Assembly (NCBI GenBank): GCA_038867615.1
Contig: JAWBYA010000001.1
Location: forward strand, 32,001-96,000
DNA length: 64,000 bases
Origin: Sulfolobales archaeon
GTDB taxonomy: Archaea > Thermoproteota > Thermoprotei_A > Sulfolobales > AG1
Reading direction: 5' to 3'
Positions 57,191-64,000 of this stretch are shown piece after piece. How positions within the stretch are numbered: the stretch's first letter is position 1; each line of letters opens with the position of its first letter. A program made the position numbers and the translations under genes. Below the pieces are notes generated by a model. That model was given only the letters and a program-made list of their open reading frames with translations, did not search any database and was not told the DNA's origin.

Positions 57191-58393
57191 ATCTCAAAGT
57201 TCAGTGAGCTGGCGGATAAGATAAACAGATTCAACAGAGAGCTTGTCAAGCCATTCGTGGGTAGGGATGAGGAGGCAAAAGTAGTAACGCTAGCCCTTAT
57301 GATCAAAGAACACGCTGTACTAATAGGAGAACCCGGGACTGCTAAGAGTGCTCTGATAAGGAGGGCTGCTGCTCTATTGAATGCTAGGTATTTCTCATAT
57401 CTCTTGACAAAGTTTACAGAGCCCGACGAGATCTTTGGCCCTGTTGATATAAAGGCGTTTATAGATGAGAAGAGGTTTAGAAGGGTTACTGCGAGAACGC
57501 TGCTCGATGCTGAGATAGCATTTCTAGATGAGATCTTTAAGGCGAGTTCGAGTATTCTTAACAGTATATTGTCGATAATAAACGAGAGGATCTATTATGA
57601 GGCTGGTGTTGCTATCAAGGTCCCCTTATGGAGTCTCTTCGCGGCTACCAACGAGATACCAGACGATCCTGAGTTGGCGGCTATATATGATAGGATGTTG
57701 CTGAGGCACCATGTTAGGCCTGTGACAGACGATCTGTGGAAAGATCTGTTAAACCAGGAGTGGATTAACGAGATGAAGGAAGACGTAGTCGATGTAGAGC
57801 CTGTGCTCTCCATGCAGGATCTAAGGGATTTGAGGGAGGAGATTTTCAAGGTAGATCTTGAGGGGATTAAGCCAAAGCTTATAAAACTACTGGCGATATT
57901 GGAATCGAAGGGTATACATCTAACCGACAGGAGGAAGGGCAAGACCCTGAAGGTTATAGCTGCCAACGCTATCCTTAATAACAGGATGAAAGCGCAGGAA
58001 GAGGATCTATTGGTTCTTAAATACACAGCCCCGAGGGATATAGATGAGTTTGAGAAGGTTAACGTGATACTCCACGAAGAGCTCAAGACGCCATATATGT
58101 ATCTGAGGGAGCTTGAGGATATAGAGAGGAATGTTAAGGAGCTCATAAACTATGTAAGCAGTTTTAACCAGAGTTATGGGTATGTAGAGCCATTCGCGCC
58201 CGGAGCCCGTGCAACGATATCTAGGTTCTATGAGGAGAGGCTTAACGAGATCTACAGGGATCTTGAGGCTCTCAAGGAGAGGGTATCCTCTATCATTATA
58301 GAGAGCGGTGATAAGAACGTAGAGGCTGCTGGGAAGCGGGTGCTTGAACTTATAAGCAGTGCTATGGAAAAGATAAGGAGAAGGATAGAGTAA
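57191..58393 (+). CDS. MoxR/RavA-type AAA+ ATPase
   Basis: GEPGTAKS, FTEPDEIFGP, FLDEIFKA, ATNE, DRM; frame is open 26 codons upstream of the ORF-track GTG 57257. Confidence 0.92.
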   Translation: MSKFSELADKINRFNRELVKPFVGRDEEAKVVTLALMIKEHAVLIGEPGTAKSALIRRAAALLNARYFSYLLTKFTEPDEIFGPVDIKAFIDEKRFRRVTARTLLDAEIAFLDEIFKASSSILNSILSIINERIYYEAGVAIKVPLWSLFAATNEIPDDPELAAIYDRMLLRHHVRPVTDDLWKDLLNQEWINEMKEDVVDVEPVLSMQDLRDLREEIFKVDLEGIKPKLIKLLAILESKGIHLTDRRKGKTLKVIAANAILNNRMKAQEEDLLVLKYTAPRDIDEFEKVNVILHEELKTPYMYLRELEDIERNVKELINYVSSFNQSYGYVEPFAPGARATISRFYEERLNEIYRDLEALKERVSSIIIESGDKNVEAAGKRVLELISSAMEKIRRRIE

Positions 58394-58403
58394 GGATGAT
58401 ATA

Positions 58404-59741
58404 ATGACAGGGATTCTGGCTGGGGTAAGATATGATGATCCTCTTGCAAGATATAGAGGAGAAAAACTGGTTGAGATCGTTAAAAAGCTGTCGAGAGTAA
58501 GGAATAAGGATATAGATACAGATCTAGGTATAGATATCTTCTATCTCTTCTACCTCCCATTCCCATTACCTGTACCGCCAAAGGATCAGAGGGATAGGAT
58601 TACCCAGCTTAGATACCTAGTGGCTAGAGGGATACTGGGCAATGCTGAGGCCAGGAAGATCAGGTATTACACGATAGCCCATAGCGGTAGATCCATTATC
58701 GTTGGGGCAAGCTTCCTAGAACACCTATTACAAGAGCTAAGCCCCCAGTCAGGAGGCGAGGGGGGAGAGGGTGGGCAGAAGAACCAGGGCGAGGATCAAG
58801 GACAAACTGGCGGTGAGAATGATAATGAGAGGAATAGCAATAATATTCAGAATGCCGTTAGAAATGCCATTAGAAGGGTTATGAACGAGGTTGATAGTCT
58901 ATCGAAGCTAGAGCAGATGGCAATGGGTACCCAGGCTGGTTCAGGCTCGATGCTCGAGATGATCGAGAACTCAAGCGATATAATCAGGCTTGCTAGAAAC
59001 ACCGACGTCCAGAGGCTCCTCGATAGCCTGAGCTTCATAGAGGAGATAACGTTCAAGATGAGGAAGAAGATGATCAAGTCATCGAGGGGAGAGGTTATAG
59101 GCTATTCAAGGGGAAGCCAGCTAACCAGGATCTCGAGGACAGAGCTAGCATTATTCGAAACCAGAGAGGCTGAGCAGGTTCTTCTATACAAGTGGGCAAC
59201 AGGAAAGCTGATCCTGTATGAAAAGGTGGTTAGACAGGATGTTGGGCCTCTATACGTGCTGCTCGACAAGTCAGGATCTATGGATGGTGAGAAGATAAGA
59301 TGGGCGAAAGCCACAGCTATAGCGCTTTTCATGAGATCTAGGAGGGAGGGGAGGCCTTTCCTCATAAGGTTCTTTGACTCAGCACCATATAATCTTATAA
59401 AGGTCTCTAGATCCGGCAAGTCGGGCGAGACGCTGAGGCTGATGGACTACCTAGCAAGGATAAAGAGTGGTGGAGGGACGGATATAACTAGATCTATTAT
59501 AACGGCGTGCCAAGATGTTGCGGAGCTTAAGATGAGGGGTTTGGGGGAGCTTATATTGATAACCGATGGTGAGGATAGGCTTGCGGAGAACATGGTTAGG
59601 AAGCATCTGAGGGAGAATAATGTTAGACTTATAACCGTTATGGTGATGGGGGAGAACCCTGATCTTAGGAAGATCAGTTCGAAGTACTTTAAAGTAGTCA
59701 GGCTGAGTAATAAAGAGATGCTCGAGGTCTTGGAACTCTAG
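58404..59741 (+). CDS. vWA-domain protein (ViaA/YehP-like MoxR partner)
   Basis: MIDAS LLDKSGSM, GGGTDI, ITDGED; Gly/Gln/Asn-rich linker. Confidence 0.92.
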   Translation: MTGILAGVRYDDPLARYRGEKLVEIVKKLSRVRNKDIDTDLGIDIFYLFYLPFPLPVPPKDQRDRITQLRYLVARGILGNAEARKIRYYTIAHSGRSIIVGASFLEHLLQELSPQSGGEGGEGGQKNQGEDQGQTGGENDNERNSNNIQNAVRNAIRRVMNEVDSLSKLEQMAMGTQAGSGSMLEMIENSSDIIRLARNTDVQRLLDSLSFIEEITFKMRKKMIKSSRGEVIGYSRGSQLTRISRTELALFETREAEQVLLYKWATGKLILYEKVVRQDVGPLYVLLDKSGSMDGEKIRWAKATAIALFMRSRREGRPFLIRFFDSAPYNLIKVSRSGKSGETLRLMDYLARIKSGGGTDITRSIITACQDVAELKMRGLGELILITDGEDRLAENMVRKHLRENNVRLITVMVMGENPDLRKISSKYFKVVRLSNKEMLEVLEL

Positions 59742-60013
59742 CATGTCTGGTTAAAAAGTAAAAACACATTCTAGACTTCATAGTTCTTAATGGGTTTGCG
59801 TTGTTTTCATCTATTATCTTGCTAAGAGTTTAGGGAGACCCTGGCTCTCCATTGATAGTTCTAGTAGCGAGGGTTTTTCTCGCGTATCTCCATACGATAT
59901 TTTATTAGCTCACTCGATGGGGCAGTCTATTCTGGGGCTGTTAACCATGGTGATCTTGTCCATGTAGCCACGTTATAAAATATAGTTTTCGGATATTATT
60001 TTCTTGGAGAGCC

Positions 60014-61123
60014 TTGGAGGAGTTATTGAAAGAGCTTGAGAGGAGGACTGCTAATGCGATAGCCTTGATGAGAAAGAGTGGTGTTGAATATATAGCCTTA
60101 ACCCCGTCGCCGAATTTCAGATATCTCACGGGGTTCTTTGAGGAGGGATATGAGAGACTAATACTATTTATACTGACAGTTAATAATGATAGGGTATTGC
60201 TAGCCCCCAAGCTTGCTAATATACCGAGCTGGTTTAACAGGTATTCCGATATAGTGCTATGGGGCGATGAGGACAACGTTGGAAGCATTGTGGATAAGGT
60301 GGCGAGGAGGCTGAGGATCTATGGTAAGAAGGGGGCTTTTGAGGATACTATGAGTCTGAGAACATATGAGTTGTTGAAAGAAGAGCTATCACCTTCAGGC
60401 ACGGTGCTTGTGTCAACAATATTGAGAGAGCTTAGAATTAGGAAGTCCCTCTATGAGATAAACATAATCTCAAGAGCCGTGAAGATTGCTGAGAATATTT
60501 TTTCAGAACTCTACAGGATCCTAAGCCCTGGGCTTTCTGAAAGGTTTGTTGCTAGCCAGATATCAAGCTTGATTGCTTCTGAAGGTTATGCAGAAGCCTT
60601 CAACGCCATAGTGGCGTTTGGCGAGAACACGGCTAATCCACACCATATTCCTGGATCCAAGGTTCTTTCATACGGGGATCTTGTGCTAGTAGATCTAGGG
60701 ATTGTGGTTGATGGATACGTATCGGATCTCACGAGGATCTATTCGCTAGGACCAGTACCCAAAAATGTGGAGGATAGCTTTACAGCTCTGATCTCGTGTT
60801 TCAATGAAGCGATATCGATCATATCGCCAGGGGTTAGAGCTGCTGAGGTTGATCTACGGGTTAGAAGCTGCCTCACGGATTATGGATTGGGTGGAAATAT
60901 ACTTCACAGAACGGGTCACGGCATAGGCTTAGAGATCCACGAACCACCGTATCTCTCGATAACATCCACCGATGTGCTTGATAGAGGTAATGTTTTCACC
61001 GTAGAGCCGGGGGTCTATTTTAGGGGCAACTACGGGCTCAGGATCGAGAGCGATATAGCTATACTGGATAATGGCGATACAATTATACTTGATAAGAGTT
61101 CAAAGGATATAATAAGGCTATGA
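60014..61123 (+). CDS. pepQ: Xaa-Pro aminopeptidase/prolidase (M24B)
   Basis: VDLG..YVSDLTR, HRTGHGIGLEIHE.P, TVEPGVY, RIESD. Confidence 0.9.
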   Translation: MEELLKELERRTANAIALMRKSGVEYIALTPSPNFRYLTGFFEEGYERLILFILTVNNDRVLLAPKLANIPSWFNRYSDIVLWGDEDNVGSIVDKVARRLRIYGKKGAFEDTMSLRTYELLKEELSPSGTVLVSTILRELRIRKSLYEINIISRAVKIAENIFSELYRILSPGLSERFVASQISSLIASEGYAEAFNAIVAFGENTANPHHIPGSKVLSYGDLVLVDLGIVVDGYVSDLTRIYSLGPVPKNVEDSFTALISCFNEAISIISPGVRAAEVDLRVRSCLTDYGLGGNILHRTGHGIGLEIHEPPYLSITSTDVLDRGNVFTVEPGVYFRGNYGLRIESDIAILDNGDTIILDKSSKDIIRL

Positions 61124-61263
61124 GATGTATAAATAGAGATCTTTATACTAATGCCTTAGATGAGTAGCCTGGTTAGGCTCGAAAGATATAATGGACTTAT
61201 AAAGGGGTTTTATCATTGTCTTGATTGATGCTGTGGGAGAAATACCAATAACCATGTGAAACT

Positions 61264-61304
61264 ACCGCCCCTCTATCAAGGTCTGAGAATAGGGGGCGGT
61301 TTTA
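61264..61304 (+). terminator. GC-rich hairpin followed by a T-run upstream of gar1 (terminator-like, or end of a small RNA)
   Basis: ACCGCCCC(T)CTAT / ATAGGGGGCGGT then TTTT. Confidence 0.4.
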
Positions 61305-61343
61305 TATAGTAATACTCTCGTAATAATACTGTGGTGAATCTTT

Positions 61344-61604
61344 GTGGAGCTCATCCCATTAGGATCCGTGATCTCCGTATTCAAGGATCAAGTTGTTGTG
61401 GTTAAGATAGATAACCCCTCAAGAATCCCGGAACTCGGTTCAAGAGCCTATCACAAAAGGGGACTAAGACAGGTGGGGATAGTGAGCGATATAATAGGCC
61501 CCACGAGGGAGCCTTATGCTGTTATAAAGATGATCCAGGGGGCCTCGGTTAGTGTTGGGGAGGAGCTGGTCTACGAGCCTAGGAGAAGAAAGAGGGTTAG
61601 ATGA
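61344..61604 (+). CDS. gar1: H/ACA RNP protein Gar1
   Basis: VGIVSDIIGP..EPYAVIK, basic C-terminus; canonical gar1-tfb linkage. Confidence 0.88.
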   Translation: MELIPLGSVISVFKDQVVVVKIDNPSRIPELGSRAYHKRGLRQVGIVSDIIGPTREPYAVIKMIQGASVSVGEELVYEPRRRKRVR

Positions 61605-62542
61605 TGAGCGCTAGCACAGCTGTGGAAAAGGATCTCGGAGAATTAATAGCTAGTGGTAAGCTTATATATGATTATGAGAGAGGAGAGATCATAGATCCAG
61701 AGACTGGTCTCGTGATCGAGGAGGGCTTAATATCGCAGGCTAGGGAGTGGAGGGAATATAGTCCTGAGGATCGGTTTAACAGATCCAGAATAGGTCCCCA
61801 GATAACCTTCAAAGTCCACGATGGGGGTTTAACAAGCTATATAGATCCTAGGGGGAGTACGGGTAAGAAGCTCAACAAGCTTCAAACAAGCACAAGAAGA
61901 CCAAGAGATCATAGGGTTAGGAAGGAGATAGACGCCAAGATGATCATGAATGATACCATAGCCAAAATGGGATTACCAGGTGTAGTGGCAGAGACTGTGG
62001 GGATGCTCATCAAAGAAGCTGCTAAGAACAATCTGCTTAGAAAGAACATGATCGCATCGGCTGTTGGGGCCATGATCATAGAGGTTTGCAAGACCTATGG
62101 TATACCAATAGATATAAAAAAGCTTAGAGAAACACTCAGCCTTAGTGAGAGAGATATACACAATGCCACCAAGAGGCTAGCATGGGCAGGTGTGTTTAAT
62201 GACCTTAAGAGGAAGCTTAGGGAGAAGAGCGATCCTAGAGGATCCGCTCCACTAACTCCAGCAAGCTATATACCCAAGATCTCTGGCTCCGTTGGTCTTT
62301 CAGACGATATAGTGGTTCTGTCAAAAAGAATCATAGATCTCATGGTTAGGTATGAGCCAACATCAACCTCAGGAAAGAATCCTGAAGGAACAGCCGCGGC
62401 AGCTGTGTATCTAGCATCTATATTGCTAGAGAATAAAAAGCCGCAGAAGAGCATAGCAGAAGCCCTAGGGATCTCTGAGGTGACTATAAGGAATAGGTAT
62501 AGAGATATCATAGACAACCTAGATATAATAGTATATATATGA
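61601..62542 (+). CDS. tfb: Transcription initiation factor TFB
   Basis: YDYERGEII..ETGLVIEE, EWR B-reader, VHDGGL.S.I, SGKNPEG.AAAAVY, ISEVTIRNRYRDI. Confidence 0.93.
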   Translation: MMSASTAVEKDLGELIASGKLIYDYERGEIIDPETGLVIEEGLISQAREWREYSPEDRFNRSRIGPQITFKVHDGGLTSYIDPRGSTGKKLNKLQTSTRRPRDHRVRKEIDAKMIMNDTIAKMGLPGVVAETVGMLIKEAAKNNLLRKNMIASAVGAMIIEVCKTYGIPIDIKKLRETLSLSERDIHNATKRLAWAGVFNDLKRKLREKSDPRGSAPLTPASYIPKISGSVGLSDDIVVLSKRIIDLMVRYEPTSTSGKNPEGTAAAAVYLASILLENKKPQKSIAEALGISEVTIRNRYRDIIDNLDIIVYI

Positions 62543-62870
62543 GTTACTTTCCCCATGCTTATCTCTAGATATTTATCGTTGGCCCTGTTATCTGGGGTTC
62601 TGTGCTTTACCTACACAGGGATCTCTATACATGTAGTCCCAAAGCTGTCTAATAAAGCAAAACAGGGATCCATCTACTTTTTAAGATCATCTACATAGTT
62701 TGGAATACCGTCCCTACCAAAGGTTAATTGACAAGTCTAGCGGGGATGGTGCTCGAATAACCGACTAATAGTTCGAAACCCCTGTGCTCTTTGCCCAAGG
62801 TTGTTTTTAACCTGCGTTGCCCTATCTCAGTGGATGTGGGTAGATGCCCTGCCAGCAGTTGTCACATGCA

Positions 62871-64000
62871 ATGGGTATACCTATGGATGCTGCTTCAGCC
62901 GAGCTTAGAAGACCTATAGCTACTATATTCATTATAGTGGTGAATGTAGTTATCTATATACTCACCACATATAAGAACTCCTTTGTTTCTATAAATAGCG
63001 ATGTTCTGTGGAACTATGGCTATATTCCAGCATATCTCCTAACGGATCAAGGGATCATGAGGATCTTTACCTCAATGTTTCTCCACGCAGATCCTCTGCA
63101 CATATTCTTCAATATGTATTTCCTATATATATTTGGTAAGGGCGTCGAGGGCGTCCTAGGAGTTCCAAGGTTCTTGGCACTATACATAGCATCAGGGGTA
63201 TTGGCAGCCTTTCTCCACACGGTATCTGTGGGCTTTCAGGGGGCATCAGCCCTCTCAATACCCGCTGTCGGTGCTTCTGGAGCCATAAGTGGTGTTCTCG
63301 GAGCATATCTAATGCTATACCCAGCAACACCTCTTGCCATGTGTCTCTTCCTACCGTTCCCTATCTGTGGGACTTTCAGGGCTTCTACATTCCTTCTCTT
63401 CTGGTTCGCAGTACAGGTTCTATATGGCTACCTCAGGCTCGGTGGTGTTGCTTTCTTTGCGCATGCTGGCGGCTTCATCGCGGGGGTTGCTCTCTCATGG
63501 TTATTGGGAAGAGATATTGTGGCAAGGTTGAAGCATCCGTTCTCCTACACGCTTAGTATTTTCACCGAGATGGGCGAGGGTTTGGGTAGGGGTGCGAAGG
63601 TTGTGATGGTCATAGCGATCCTATCCCTCATGGGGGTTAGTCTATACTCGTACTATTCAAGCACCTATATAGATAGATCCCAGCTGATCTATACGGTTAG
63701 CGTTAATATAGGTAGCAGCCCTAACGAGCCTCCCTATAGCTCTTCTATGGCGACTCTATTGGTAACTAGAGGGTCTTCGGATTTTAGCATGAGCCCTATT
63801 GTTGATGATGCCTCGAGAATACTTGTTAACAGACTGCTAGCATCAAATATATTGATAAACACCGAGAGCAGGGGTTCTACGGAGGATATTAGGAGAAGCC
63901 TAACCGTAACTATACTTAATGTTCCTGTCCCATTCTCGATATCAGCTAGAGCTAGTTATGATGACAATGGCGTGATGATCTATGGGTATGGTTCTGCAGC
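62871..64000 (+). CDS. Rhomboid intramembrane serine protease with C-terminal extension (partial, runs off the right edge; not in ORF track)
   Basis: Manual translation: MGIPMD...TSMFLHAD.LHIFFNMYFL...AVGASGAISG...AFFAHAGGF. Confidence 0.92.
   Translation, partial: MGIPMDAASAELRRPIATIFIIVVNVVIYILTTYKNSFVSINSDVLWNYGYIPAYLLTDQGIMRIFTSMFLHADPLHIFFNMYFLYIFGKGVEGVLGVPRFLALYIASGVLAAFLHTVSVGFQGASALSIPAVGASGAISGVLGAYLMLYPATPLAMCLFLPFPICGTFRASTFLLFWFAVQVLYGYLRLGGVAFFAHAGGFIAGVALSWLLGRDIVARLKHPFSYTLSIFTEMGEGLGRGAKVVMVIAILSLMGVSLYSYYSSTYIDRSQLIYTVSVNIGSSPNEPPYSSSMATLLVTRGSSDFSMSPIVDDASRILVNRLLASNILINTESRGSTEDIRRSLTVTILNVPVPFSISARASYDDNGVMIYGYGSA

Noticed and set aside
63-63556. Many ORF-track entries overlapping recognised genes (e.g. 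63-281, 8135-8824, 19862-20404, 40838-41470, 57595-58146, 63334-63556)
   Set aside because: Antisense or alternate-frame shadows of well-supported genes, typically Ser/Ile/Leu-rich with no motifs.
1-64000. CRISPR array, cas genes, rRNA
   Set aside because: No regularly spaced direct repeats, cas motifs or rRNA-like stretches seen.

Overview
Chromosomal window from a (hyper)thermophilic crenarchaeote (Thermoproteota, Desulfurococcales/Sulfolobales-like; inferred from TFB, Gar1, AglB, AGOG, Spt5/SecE, aIF5B, frequent TTG/GTG starts and AGR-dominated Arg codons). Most of it is housekeeping: a 2-oxoacid dehydrogenase operon, DNA repair, translation, proteasome, glycosylation, and tRNA-Ile(GAT) and tRNA-Leu(TAG). 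Two things stand out. (1) A ~9 kb, probably foreign five-gene operon at 25.3-34.4 kb encodes a DUF1156 amino-methyltransferase, a DUF499/BrxC-like ATPase, a protease-less BrxL, a minimal PglZ and a 164-aa unknown protein. This BREX-like defence cassette fits none of the six classical BREX types and sits exactly between two outward-facing QueC paralogues. (2) A frameshifted solo tnpB is accompanied by about six dispersed, protein-less TnpB right-end/omega-RNA-like elements of two families, several ending next to housekeeping promoters or tRNAs. GATC appears strongly over-represented. No CRISPR array, rRNA or integrase was seen. All calls come from motif recognition and alignment by eye; no database searches were run.
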